Source: Dipteris shenzhenensis
Taxonomy: Eukaryota
Assembly (NCBI GenBank): GCA_047967505.1
Contig: CM106538.1
Reading direction: 5' to 3' (one strand)
DNA: 64,000 nucleotides
The notes under the pieces are model-generated. The model was not told the DNA's origin. It saw only the letters and a program-made list of their open reading frames with translations, and did no database searches. The first letter of the stretch is position 1. Every line of letters begins with the position of its first letter. Of this stretch, positions 11,394 to 25,100 are shown one piece after another. Made by a program: the position numbers and the translations under genes.

Positions 11394-14300
11394 ATGGCGT
11401 CCTTCAGCTCCAATTCTTTCGCTTGCAGTCGGCCCGTTTGAATGATCTCCTTCGTCATGATCAGTACCAGTACAATTGTAGTGATTCTTCCACTATCGAC
11501 CTGAGCCTCTTCCCTAGCAGCTTCGTCTTCGGAGCCCAAACTATGGCGGTGAAGGTATCCTTAGTCAGCTCCACTATTAGAATATACCGCTTGCTCCCAC
11601 CCAGAAAGAAGAAGGGAGGAAGCGTGTCCGGCCGTGTGCTATTGTTTGCTTCTCGAGTGAGAAATTGTTTGCACCGGATGTCTGAACGGTCTGGAAATTG
11701 AGTGAAGAGTCGAGAGTCGCACACTTCAACAGTTCTAATGAGTCACCTTCTAACACGAACGAACGGATGCATTAGTTGTTTTAGTTGCATGATTGAAACC
11801 CGGCTGCTTCTGACGGAAGAGTAGTTTCTAAAATTTTGTAGAGCAAGCGTTGTGAATCCACTAGTGCGCCGGGTTGAGTGCTGCATGAGGGAAGAATTGT
11901 TGCTTTGGTTGGACGAGAATTCTCGCAGGGTACTTCCGCAATGAGTCGATTCCAAATTTTCGGAATGAGTATCATAAATATCGTAACAAGTTGACAGATT
12001 ACTAAAGTGGGTTCAGAATTGTTTGAATTGATGCTTATCCATTGTGCACTCGACGCATCGCCTGGTCTGCTAGATGAGTAATGTTGTGAATGAAATCCGG
12101 CGTTAGAAGTCCGCAATCGATGGTTCGTTAGAAAGGCAGTGCTCTCCTTACACTTTCGTAAAAAAGTGTTAGCACTGCCTGCAATTGATGGTTTGTTGGT
12201 TTGTTAGAAGGGCAATGCTCTCCTTACACTTTCGTAAAAAAGTGTCCCTCAATTGTATTGGGCCAAGTCTCCCTTTGTTTCTAAAGTGCTCATGCTGCCT
12301 TCTATTTTTAGCACGACCCCTCAATTTTATTGATGCCCATTGCCCAAGCTACTCGCCTCTCTCTCACTCCCCGCCCCACCATACATATTCCAACGCTGTT
12401 TGTTGAAAGGGTGAATGCGTTACATAGTTGTTTGCACTGACTGCGCTTGTTTGCACCGAGTAATAAATTATGTAATTATACCCCTCTGCGGCTGTTTGAG
12501 ATTGGAATTAATTTGAACTTTTTTTAAAATTTTAAACATGAACGTTCTCGGTCTAGTCCTTAATCACGATTTCTACTTTAATTTTTCCTCCACGTTCCAT
12601 AGCACGAAGGTGCTTCTCCAGCTCCGGGCAAAGGCGACAGTATTTGGACACCTACGCGGCGTCTTCTACCTGTAATTTCTCCTAGCGGTTCCCTCAAATT
12701 GCGATTTTAAGTTTCCATCAGACCATCAGGAGAAGATTACATGATTCTAATTGCGGATGTTTGCGGTTTGCAGCTCCGGTGGCTGACGGTAGCACACCAG
12801 GCAGTGCTGGTGACCATTACCATCGCGGTCGGGTGAGATATTGCTCGCGCACGGCTTCAAGTGCGCCCGACAGATACCGAAGTAATTTTCCTGTAGGAGT
12901 CTACACGGCCTCCATAAAAACTAAATATTCTGGGCGTCCACCTCCTACTTACAGCGCGCCGTTCCTTCAACTCCCTTGTTTCTGTTCAGGAAGATATAGA
13001 ACTCCTGTCCGACATGGGAATGGATGTATATCGATTTTCGATCGCCTGGATAAGGATCTTTCCAAGTTCGTTACGTTACTTTACACAGACTTAATCCATA
13101 GGCTAATCCATTCATGTAAATAGCTGAGACCTACTCCCGAGTCAGGCTCATAATTGATATTCAAAACTATTTACCTGCGCAGATGGATCTGGAGAAATCA
13201 ACTAGGAGGCTGTACAACCCTATATCGATGTCATTGACCTCCTTCTAGACAAAGGTGATCGATTTAGCTAAGCTGAGTGTAGCTTTCGCTATTCACCACG
13301 CACATTTATTTTGAAATTACATCACTCACATATTTGTAACGAGTACAGGTCTCTCGACCATCCGCAGGCTCTCGAGGACTCCTACGGCGGGCTCCTGAGT
13401 CCGTCCTTTATGTAAGATACTGTAATGTCCTGGCCTCTTGACGCAATATTGTCCTCTTGTATCTTCGTGTGTGCTCGTCCTTGGCATTTTCAGTACTGAC
13501 GCTTTTCATGTCTTTGAATTATGTAGAGAAGGTTTCGTTATATACGCCAATGTCTGCTTCAGTTCCTTCGGAGATCGGCTAAAGCTATGGATAACTATGG
13601 ACGAGCCCAATGACTACGCTGTTTTAGCATTTGCTTCTAACCAAGAACCGCCAGGACGGTGCAGTACTTGCACTGCAGGAAACTCATCAACGGAGCCCTA
13701 CATTGTGGGTCATAATGCCCTGCTTGCGCACGCAGCTGTTGTGGAACTATACCGAGCAAAAGACCAGGTGATCGGATCGGAGGTGGTAACTGGTAAAACC
13801 TCCTTGCAAAATCGCATAGTGACATGTCAAAAAACTAACGCGACTGTACTCACACCTGACAGGCTACTCAGCAAGGTCGCATTGGCATAGCATTGTGGTT
13901 CGTATGGTACGAGCCCTTGACTGAGAGTGCACAGCATGTGGCAGCGGCGAGGACGGCGATCGACTTCTTTACTGGGTGGTGAGTATAATATCAAATTGTA
14001 GATCCATGTAATCAATTTAGAAAACCTGAAATCTTTAGTGAAAGCGAAGCTTATGCCGCAGGATGCTTGAAAAACGTTTGTTTTTTGCAACTTTTTGCAT
14101 TCCATATCTCAATTCAACAGCTCGCAAAGGCGCCGCAGGGTGCTTCCAATCCGTTAAGTTTTGGCAGGCTCCGCATTCTGTATTATCAATTCAATGGTTG
14201 CGATGGTGATGAGGCCAGAGATCTAGATGCAGCTGATGAGGTTTTTGCATCCGATAGTGTGGCGATAGCTCCAGAGTCGATGCGGAGCGCGGTGGGCGAG

Positions 14301-16512
14301 CGGCTACCAGAATTCAGAGAAGAAGAGATAGAGAGAGTGCGGTATTCGGTTGATTTTCTGGGACTGAACATCGCCACTGCGGCGTACGCCTACGATGGGA
14401 CGGCCGTGCCGGATGCTAACAGCACGGGATTTTATCAAGACATGCGGGCAAGCTTCACAAGTAGGCTTTCCTATCAACCTCCTTTCATGTTGGACACTCA
14501 CGACCAGCAGGACAGAATCTGCTGGTGGAAATATAAAAATGAAAAATAGTTCCCTGACAAGTTATTTTTGGGAGCATTTGAATTATTTTACAGTTGATGC
14601 CTTATTGGAAGCCCTCGTCCACCAGTACTCTAGAAACTTTTTGCGTCAAGTACTTCCGAAACTTTCTACGGTCTCTCAATAAGCGCAGAGCAATGACTCT
14701 TTCACGCTTATTTGATCTTCTAAAAGAAAAGTGCTAGAAATTGTTAGCAATCACGCTAGGAGTATTTCTCGGGAGTATGTAAATACATATTTATTTTTAT
14801 ATATTTCTCTATCGGTTTAACATGTAAGCTACTTAGCATGTGAAAAGTTCGAAATTTCTTGGGTAGGCATTATTAGACGTTAGAGGGGGCTTTATCATTA
14901 ACTAACTTATGACTATCTAGACTATCATTGAAATAACAATAGATGGAGAATGTAAGTTTTATCAAGCAATTTGTTTTCATATTTGAAAGGCTTTGCTTTC
15001 ACTTTCAAAAAATGTTCATTATTCGTTTATTTTGTTTATTATGTAGATTATCGTGATGGAGAAGCAATTGGAGAATTTCTTGAGGTAAGGCACACACAGC
15101 CTTTGTTAAGATAATGAAAAGACCTGTTACCAAAATTGGTCCATAATTAGGTGGGCAAGCTTCCTTGGACCTACGCTAATTGTGGCTTTGGGTAATTGTA
15201 GGGGTTAACCCTTACTAGTGAGACTAAACACAAAAACCACCACCTCGAGTAGACACTGACTAGTAAGACTAACTCTGGGGGTTAACCCTTACTAGTAAGA
15301 CTAAACACAAAAACCACCACCTCGAGTAGACACCGGCTAATCAGTGGGTTTTTGGCCCTCAGCAACCAACTAAAGTCTCAAAGGTTCACTTTCAAAAAGG
15401 CCCGAATACTGCCTACCCTGTCTCTACCAACACCTTAGACTAGGCTTAGACTCGTGGACTCGAACATTATGAAACTCCCAAATAGCAAGCAAGAAAGCTG
15501 ATTGTAGGAACGGATCACTAAGCAGCTCCCAAAGTTGAAAGGAGTCTAGACACATCTCCCATCAGAGCCAACCACCAATTTGCACCAGTAAAACTTTGCC
15601 ATGATTCCTACTTTCCTAATCGCCACCTCCAAGCCCTTCCGAATTTCCCTTGCAACATGCCGATTCCACATTAGTTTGGAAGAAGTGTGCGGTAGGTATT
15701 GTTGTGCCCTTAACAATAGAATTCATGCTGGTGTGGTAAGTTGCATGTCTTTCCTGAATCTCTTATTAGTAGTGATAGTATGCTTGTAGATATCTATGAA
15801 TCTCTTATTAGTAGTTATGGTATGCTTGTAGACGTCGAATCAAGCTGCAATACCATGGAGTATGCGGAGCATCTTGAATTATGTGACCAAAGAATATTCA
15901 AGCTCCATTTCAATTTATATAATAGAAAATGGTGAGAATTATCATAGTCTTGTACATGTTCTCGTGTGAAATATTCCATGTAGAATAGATGATGGGTACA
16001 ATTCAAAACAATTGTTACATTTTAGCGTAGCGTCATTATGTGAGCATCATCACATGATTATGAATTGTGTATAGGTTCATGCTCATGAATACTCCCAAAA
16101 ACAAGGCTTTGATTTTGTGTATTTGACAAAACTACGCATTTCCATATTGCATGATGGGGATTGGAGAGCAATTCCTTAGAAGACACCTTGAATGATCTGG
16201 AGTGCATTGGATATTTTAATGCTTATCTAACCTGCCTTTTAGAAGGTATAAGGTATATCAAATATCACTTTTTTGTGTTTAAGAAATTGTATAATGTTTC
16301 AAGATCATTAAGTAAAATAATATATTTTAATTACTTTTACTCAATGTAATAATTTCTCTTGTAGGGATGGAGCAAAGGTTGAAGGGTACTTTGCTTGGTC
16401 ATTAATTGATGGGTTTGAGTATGTTTTAGGCCAATCAATACGATTTGGTCTCCATTATGTGGATTCATCATTCAAGAGGTACAAAAGGGCATTATCCTTA
16501 TGGTTTGCATAG
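11394..16512 (+). pseudogene. Glycoside hydrolase family 1 (beta-glucosidase-like) pseudogene, about 13 exons
   Basis: Exons in plant GH1 order: FPSSFVFGAQTMAVK (to 11554); HEGA..GKGDSIW (12603-); DGS..DHYHR; EDIELLSDMGMDVYRFSIAWIRIFP; GSGEIN*; LDHPQALEDSYGGLLS; FGDRLKLWITMDEP...PPGRCS...EPYIVGHNALLAHA; QQGRIGI..WYEPL; PESMRSAVGERLPEF..DFLGLN; RDGEAIG; IYIIENG (E at 15925); [36 protein letters not shown]. Lesions: TAG at 13203, frameshifts near 11490, 12648 and 14146, and loss of the GIxPxVTL segment. Confidence 0.93.
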
Positions 16513-17149
16513 GGTATAACAAAAAGGAAATACCAGTAAAAAGTTAACTAATGACACCACTTATCACTATATACAATGACCATGATTAGCATCATGCAAT
16601 ATTTATTTGAAGGAGTTTACCTTCATTCATTTTAAATTGTTGATAGGATCCATATAGTATAGGCACCCCTAATATCATTCGCTCTTCTTCACAATGTGCT
16701 ATGCATTTTCTTATCCCCCTTTGCATGCATAAGTTGGTCCATTGGTAATTCAAATTATTCTATTGGGGAATATAGATGAATAGTATTTGGAAATTTTCAT
16801 AGAGCTTATAAATAGAACAAAATTGCTTCTCCTTGCACCAAGTGCAACTATTTAAAATATCTATTACTTTCATTCTCAATATGGATAGCCTATCTCTAAA
16901 GCTTCTCTAAAAGGGTCCACGTTTAAATGTATTCTTTAAGTAAAACATCATACTATAGAAATGATATCATTATTCCCTCAAAGACATCTTGATGTACAAA
17001 ATGTTCCCAATATTAGTTCCTCTCTTTGTCTTTAGGGATTTGCGGCGGTATTAAAACGTTTTGAATGTGGAGTTTTGGGAAAGACAAGAAGCATAAGAAA
17101 GAGGATAAACAAAGCTACAAAGAAATTTGTAAGTTTTGTTGTGGTTCAA

Positions 17150-17760
17150 AGCCACTGTAAATGAAAGACAAAGATTGATGTTGTACTTCCTCAACCACGA
17201 GAGATTGTTGGGCTTATTCTGAAACCACCAACTTGCTGAACATCCACTAGAGTTTTTGCAACTTGGCAAAACACGTTTCGGAACAAACTATATAATATTG
17301 GATCGTTTGCTCAAGCTACAAAGAGTTGTAATGGAGACATTATTCAGTGTAGAAGCTAACGAGTGGATAGCTAAGTCAATGTCACAAAATGCCCGTAACG
17401 AAATCAAAGAGATGAAGCAAATCGCTCACAGTGTTGGCTTTTAGAAGAGAATAGTTGATGTGGCCAATGCAATGAGGCCGGTATGGTTTACCATTCAAAA
17501 ACTAGACTTGAAAGGTCCAAGTTTGGGCAGTGCTTACATGGCTTGGTGGACTACTAAGTCAGACCTATTGAAGGAAAATAGAAAATTCACATGTGATGGC
17601 ATTGGCTATAGCACCAATCGTCGTGCCACTTTGTAGAAGATGTTTTGAAAGAGATGAAATCATGCTCACAATGACCTTCACTATGTTGTTCATATTTTAA
17701 ATCCTCAATGGTTGGAGTATCGTTTGAAAATATTAGAACACTTTGGCATAATCTCTTGGG
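17150..17760 (+). mobile_element. hAT-superfamily transposase remnant (plant DUF659-type)
   Basis: LLQLGKTRFGTNYIILDRLL, then F*KRIVDVANAMRPV...LD...SLGSAY and KR*NHAHNDLHYVVHILNP. These match the TRF.T..l.rl, P+...D and LH..a..LNP motifs. Stops are present and no TIRs were identified. Confidence 0.75.
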
Positions 17761-17832
17761 ATGATTTTTTGAGGATACCGATGAATATGCTATGCTGCTG
17801 TTGTCAGGGATTTATCCACTTTTTGAAATAGG

Positions 17833-20130
17833 TGTTGAGAGAGAAGAAGAAGAGATGATAGACACACCAAATAGACTCACAAAGATTGATTCATATTGAT
17901 CACTAGTTACATATATATAGGTGAGACCTAGTTCAAGTTAAGGCAAGCTATATATAGCTCTAACACCCCCGCTCAAACAAAGGTCTCTAGCTACGAATGA
18001 AAAAAACCCTTGGGGAGCACAAGGGAAAACCCGAGCTCCTATATACAAGTATACAAGTTGATCATTTGTACAATTATTTACAAGACTTATGTAATGCAGA
18101 TGTGCATTTATATACAAAAGGTCACCCATGGATGTGTTAATCTTGGAGGAGAGAAGCTACAAGAACTCCAAGTTCTGATCATAGCACTGTGAAGCGTGCC
18201 TCACTAAGTCCTTTAGTGAGAATATCTGCAATCATTTGAGAAGTGGGACAATGTTCAATCATTATCATCTTTTTCTTCACTTCATGTCTGACATAATGGT
18301 AATGAACAACAATATGTTTGGATTTGTTATGCTGAACATAGTCTTTAGCCAGACTTATGCCACTTTGATTATCACATCTAAGAGGAGTACTAGATGATGG
18401 AGGATGACCAATATCTACAATCAATTGTCGTAGCCAAACCAATTCTCGAGCTGCTAGAGAAGACACTACATACTCAGATTCTATGGTAGAAACAACAACA
18501 CAATGTTGCTTCTTACTTGCCCAAGAGACCAAGCAAACATTGATAAAGAAGCAATTACCACTTGTAGACCGCATAGAGAAGTGAGAGCTTGCCAAATCTA
18601 CACCTGTATATCCCAAAAGATCAAGAGACATCACAGAAGATGATTTTGTATGACGTCGATAAACTAATCCAAAATCAGAAGTTCCTTTCAAATACTTTAG
18701 AACAAGTTTTGCTGCAGATCAATGTTGCATTGAGGGAGCAGCCAGATATTGACCTAGAAAATTGGTAGTAAAAAGAATATCTGGTCAAGTATTCAAACCG
18801 ACAAACTGTAGGCAACCAACACGATTGTCATAAGGTTGATGTGAAACCTCAACATCATGAGTCAATCGAGTATTTTTGACAGAGCTCACAAGACAAGGAG
18901 TGGTCGCAGAGTGAGCATTCGTCAAGCCAAACTTTTGAACTGCATCTTGAATGAATTTTGTTTGTCAAAGTAGTAGAATTTCCTTATGACGAAATCGCTG
19001 AACTTGAATGCCAAGACATAAATGAATGTCACCAAGATCAACCATATCAAATGCTGAGGATAAGATTTTCTTGACATGTTGCAAGAAATTGAGATTGTTG
19101 GAAACAAGTATGGTGTCATCCACATAAAGAGCAAGAATGACAAAAAGAGCACCATCACATTTGGCATATAAGTTGGGATCAGAGAAACAAGAGTTGAAAC
19201 CTTGAGATGTTAGAAACTGATCAATTTTCATGTACCAAGTACGAGAAGCTTGTTTTAGACCATAAAGAGCACGATGAAGGCGACAAACAAGATGGTCCTG
19301 ACCACGTATTATGAACCCTTCTGGTTGCTCCATATAAATCTCCTCTTTAAGATCTCCATTAAGAAAAGCAGTTTTCACATCCATTTGATGAATCTCCAAA
19401 TCAAATTGAGTAGCAAAAGCCAAGAGTACCCAAATACTTGTGCTACGAACAACGGGTGGAAAAGTAGCATGATAATCAACTCCTGCAATTTGTGAGTATC
19501 CTTTTGTAACCAGACGAGCTTTAAACTTACCAAAAGGACCATCAGCTTTAGTTTTGGTTTTATAAACCCACTTGCATTTGATAGGAGAGTGACTAGGAGG
19601 TAGTTCCAATAAGAACCCATGTACCTTTAGAGATCAAAGAATCATATTCAGCTTCCATTGCCTCTTGCCATTGACTCTTTTGTGCAGAAGAGATAGCTTC
19701 TGTATAAGTAGTAGGGTCTTCATGAGCAGCCATTGCATGATCAATGATTTCAAAGTCATCAACACAATCATGAGTAGCTCCATGTTCAAAATCAATAGGC
19801 AGATCAACATATATATCAACACTATCATCAGAGGCCTGTGTATGTGCAAGATCCAAATCAATATTGTCAACACATTGCTCTGCAGATGGAGTAGCAGTGA
19901 TGCCATCAGATGAATGAGTAGTAATGACATCAGAAGTGGAATCATTATCAAATAGAAAAGAAAAGGTAGACAGTAAGGACTCAGTGTCCTCTGCATCCTC
20001 GGTAGATGTCTCACTAGAAGTGGACTCTCACAAAGAACACTCAAGAGAACTCTCAATCGCTCAATCTCTCACACTCTCTCATATGGATCACAATGCCTCA
20101 GCAGAAGGCAAGGGAGCTTTCATACAATGA
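17833..20130 (-). mobile_element. Decayed Ty1/copia element 2 (3' LTR, PPT, RNase H, RT; 5' part missing)
   Basis: RT motifs CKWVYK, KARLV, QMDVKTAFLNG, LYGLKQA and YVDD (18965-19609). RNase H motifs SWASKKQ, ESEY, CDNQS and ADILTK (18179-18691). PPT GAGCGGGGG on minus at 17966-17974. A short candidate LTR TGTTG...TAACA spans 17833-17965. Confidence 0.88.
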
Positions 20131-22169
20131 CAAAATATGAACAGGGGAGAGGAGAAGAGTGGAGATGAGGAGAGAGGGCACAGCTAGAAAGCACACCACA
20201 AATGACTATTTGTACACTAGATATAGTTGAAAAAATAGAATATATACAAACCCATTTAGGGTTAGGGTTAGGGGATCTAACCCTTTCCTTTATAGCACTC
20301 TATAAGGTTAGTGCTATGCACATATGATCACATGATGGTGCTATGCACACGTGATCACATGATGTTGAGCATGAACTCTCAACATCTTGTCTTGAGATTT
20401 CATGCGGCACAGTTGAAGTCCAAAGGAAGCAAAAAGAGGAGAAGAAAATTATAGTCACTTCCTATGTGACGTTGTGGATTTCAGTAGTATCCACAGCCAA
20501 AACCACGTTGATTAAGGCAAGTCAAAGCACACAGGTTATAGAAGAAGCTTCCTCACATTTTGGTAGATTTTAAAGAAAAGCCGCTGAAGGGAATACCACA
20601 GACATGCAAGCTATTAACATGTTTGGAGCAAGAAATAATGAGAAGAGCAGCTACAAACGTTGAGGTAAGTAAGAGATCATTTGGGAGGCCTGAGCCTAAT
20701 GGTAAGGCTAAATTATCTTAGCAAAGAACATAGAGAAAAGCAAAGTGCAAGCTTCCAAGTTTCACTAGAGCTTTTCATAGCTGGCTATGGCGAAAAGCAC
20801 CATTTTCCTCAGTAGAGCGCTTTTTCAATTCTTCCTTGATTTAAATAGTCACTATCTTCAGCCACAAAAGCTAACTCATTAGGAACTCATCACGTTAAAA
20901 AGGGTCATTTCTACAAGCGTTAGAGCAATTGACTTTGGTCCGGCTTCATCTTCTAATCACAAATCACGTTAAAAAGGTCATTTGAAAGCTGCTTATAATC
21001 CCTTGGCCAGACACTTGAGGGAAAGGAGCAGACCATTAGTGGTTGCTCACAGAATACATTTGGCCCTACAACAACAAGAATGGTTCAAGGACTTGTAGCT
21101 TTGGAACTGAGGTGAAGCTATTCTCAGCCAAACTATTGCATTGGTCCTCTCTTCAAGAATCCAAACTCCCTTGGGTTCACCATCTCAGATTTTATACGTG
21201 TGCTTTCCCTACCACTGACATTATTCCTCGACGACATCACCAAGAAAAACAGTTCCAAGTTTGTGAGTTGAATACGTAATCGTCTCTTTGCAAAAAAAAA
21301 AAAAAAAACTCTTGAATGCAAGTGTAGAGATTCGAGTATGAGATGCACGCATGATATTTCAATGAACCCACAATGATCCCACAAACATGCAAAACACTGT
21401 ATACATGACACACAAAGCAAGTCACAACAAGCATCTGTGAGACGGCTCTAGTTAGTTTGACCAAACTCAACTAACCTACGCTAGGTCAATCTAACTACAC
21501 CTAACGTAATCTAACTAAACTCTAGTTAGGTTCTTGAGGTTTAGTTTTCTAGGACTAAAGATCCTTCACACCTAAACACTAAAGTCCATTTACACATAAA
21601 ATTAAAAGAGGCCTAAATTTCAACCTAAATTTGAGGTACAATAATCCAATCATTTGGCGATCAAATTGGACCCTGTTTGAACCATGGTTTCACACACAAA
21701 AATAGCACGCTACGATGCATTTTTCCAACCCATTGCACACCATTTTGGCATCCCTAGCACTCGCACATTTGTGCCCTCATGTGGGCCTCATTTCGTACTA
21801 ATTCGCTCAAATCTTTCACTATGACCTCTGATTGACAATCCGTTTGCACCGGCACATTTTGCTACACACATGGGACAATCTTAGGCACATTATTAATACA
21901 ACAGTCCCTACAACACTAACACATTGCTAAACCTCCTAACACAACTACATTAACACCCGCACTTGCGATAGAGACACCCTTTGCAACTCTCACCCAATAT
22001 GCATGCAGCTACGCTCCGACCAATGCTTTTGACTCCAATGCTCGCCAAATTTGCATACAACTCTACTACAACCACCGCCTTTGACAATCATATACCATGA
22101 TTCCCCCCATGCAATTCAAGAAATCCCTTTGACTCCTCCATGCCACAACATGGCTGGATGTCGTCGCGA

Positions 22170-25100
22170 TGATGATGACCTCGATGCAGAGGCTAACAAT
22201 TTCTTTAATCACAGAAATAATAACAATCAAGGCAGGCACCTCCTAGAAAAACTGAAGCTTCCCAAATATAATGGTAGGGGAGATCCACCCCGTTTCCTCT
22301 AGCATTTTGATGCCCCATTCCGAGCAGGTGGAGATCATTCCCATGAAACCAAGGTGGCCTGGTTTCCCATGGCCTTAACTAATGAAGCATCTGAATGGTA
22401 CCTAGACCTTCTAGTGGAAGAGCAAGCCACGTGGGACCTACTTTAATAGAATTCAAAAGGCACTTTCAAACGGAGAGGCTACAAGATGATCCCGCTCTCC
22501 AATTAAGCAAGATTGAACAAGGCCGTCGAGAAGACGTATACACGTACTTGGGCAAGATGAAAAGATTAATCGCCAAATGTGACCCATGCCCCGATGCAAA
22601 GTATCTCAAGGCCTGGTTCATTGCGGGACTAAGGAAGAAAATCTGGAAGGATATGAAAAAGATTAGCAGCTATGAAATGTTCAGTGTTGCTCATGCGGTA
22701 GCCATTGACATCGAGGATGGCATGACCGACTCTGACACTAGCAGTGATGATGGCAAATCCAATGCACGAGATAAGTGCTCTAAAAAGGGCAAATCCAAGT
22801 CCACTGCCAAAACATCAAATGAAGATCACCTAGAGACCATGACCATGAAGCTAAAAGAAGACATGATGCAGGACATGGAACAAAAGCTTCACTTGTCTCA
22901 ACTGCCACCTCAGACTTATCCACGGTGAGAAAATGTTTGGTGTCCACACTGCATGACCAATCATATAGCAAATGAGTGCCCGATCCTAAGAGCCAGGATC
23001 ACTGCACAAGCAAATCCACCACTAAGGTTGTGGTGCCATATCTGCGTCATTGGTGGCCATGATGAAAACAATTGCATCTTCAACTTCGCGACAACCCGCC
23101 TTGACCTCAACAATACCAACCAGCACCCATGCTAGTGTACAAGCAACCAGCACTTGCACAAGTGCCCCCAACTTTGAGGCTAAATCCTGTTCCTATTGGG
23201 ACACAAGTCGCACAATTACTCAAGAATCTGAATCCACAACCATATCCAAGAGTGCCAATTCTAGCTCCTCAGGAAGTTCCAATACATCAATTGCAAGCCG
23301 AGGAAGTAGACTCGCCATTTGAGTATGAAGCAGAGTACCTAGTGTACTATGTAGAAGGCACAGAGGGACTAATACCAGTCTATGCAAATCAAGTACATCC
23401 CAACACATATCGAGCACCAATCAAGTGCTACAGTTGTGGAGAAAATCACTAGATCGCAGAGTGCCCTCATCGTGGTAGCCCCACTACTTTCCAACCACTC
23501 TGTAGAGATTATGGCATAGGACATGCCTGAATGGATTGTCCCATGAAAAATAATGTCCCATAACAAACAGAGGTTAAGCCTGACATCCTAATCGGCATCA
23601 TTGGGGTGTACCATCAAAGTCAAAGGCTGGCAAGTATAATATCACAACCTGTGAATGTAATTACACACCAGCAGAAAGAGGCCACCAAGGACCCTAGAAT
23701 TCCAATCCAGCCAAAGCGACTTCTTAAAAAAGAAAGCACAAGTGCCTGCACCTCTGCCAAGCAATGAGCAGCCAAGCTCATCCACATCATCCCCGAGCCT
23801 CAAATAAAAGATGTTCCATACCCAAATGTAGAGGTGGATAAGGCTCGTTTTTAGGCACTTCAACAATGGGTATAAAAGGAACAAGCTCAATTTGAGGCTG
23901 AGAAACAAGCTCAAGACCCAATCCAGTGACTTGGCCCCACAAAGTATTGATATTGTACTCGAGCCTCTGTTCCAACAACAGACTCCACAACATAATGTAC
24001 CGCCATGTCAACTTGAAGGAGCCGCAATCTCTAGCATCCTGAGTTGCCCTGTGTCAATTCCCATCGGAATCCTCCTACGGAAGTGTCCCAAACTCTGGGA
24101 GAGTTTCAAAGGCTAGATTGAACTCGCAAATCCCCCTCCACCTATGGACGACATCGAAGATATCCCTGTGTGGATGGGTGAGAGAGATGACATACGCAAC
24201 ATTACTATGCCTTTGATCCACAAGGCATATAATGAAGTCCAAGCCATAGTGGATGGTGGAGCAGGTGTAAATGTCCTATCAAAGAAGCTCTACGATGAAT
24301 GGGATCTCCCACCAATGCAAAAGGCTAATTTTAACATACACCTTGCCGATGATTCACGGGCTAAACCCTTGGGAATAGTGAATGGCGTGTCCACAAAAGT
24401 CACAAGAGTCTGTTTTTCCCTTCAATTCACAATCTTGGATCTTCCCAAAAAATCCTATCAAATATTACTGGGACGTCCTTGGTTACGGGAAGCATCAGCC
24501 CTCCATGACTGGGGAAGTGATAGACTAACAATCCAAAATTGTGACACCGTAGTCAGGGTGAATGTGGGGACAGGAGCTATTAAACCAATTGTTCCTAAAG
24601 CGTTGGATGACATGTCTTCAACGACAATCTCAAGAAATCAACTCCCCTGCAATAGCATGCCATAGCAGGCGATTCACAAAGCAATGTCAATAACTGGATA
24701 CAAACATCGGCAACCATCGACAACTACCATTCATTAGACCCCATCTTCTCACAAATAGGTGCTATGGTGCTATAGGTAGATCCTCCACTCACACATGAAG
24801 AACCAATTGATCTAGAGGTGCCATTCTTTATTGGCTGACCTCGAGTGGGATAATGAACATAAAGAAGGTACCCATTCCAATGATGACTCAGATTTTCCTT
24901 GGGACCTTGAAACTGAGGTGGAGAATGCTAAAATTGAAGATCAAATCTTTGATAATGACTTAGTCATTTTGCATGCCCTAATGGTGGTCGAGCTCCCAAA
25001 AGTTGAGCCTCCAAAGTTGAATAATAGCAAAAGATCCCGCAAGAAAGCTGAAGGAGGAAATCGCAGAAAAGCCAAGGCTGAACACTTCAATGAATTTGAA

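Noticed and set aside
15104-15715. Possible solo LTR in a GH1 intron (TGTTAAG...CTTAACA, with an internal ~77-bp duplication)
   Set aside because: The flanks GCCTT and ATAGA do not form a TSD, and there is no second copy in the window.
20255-20274. Telomere-like TTTAGGGTTAGGGTTAGGG
   Set aside because: Only three units, which is a common telo-box-like motif in plant repeats.
20130-20384. LTR-like segment ending in TCAACA as the 5' LTR of copia element 2
   Set aside because: It does not align with 17833-17965 and has no adjacent PBS.
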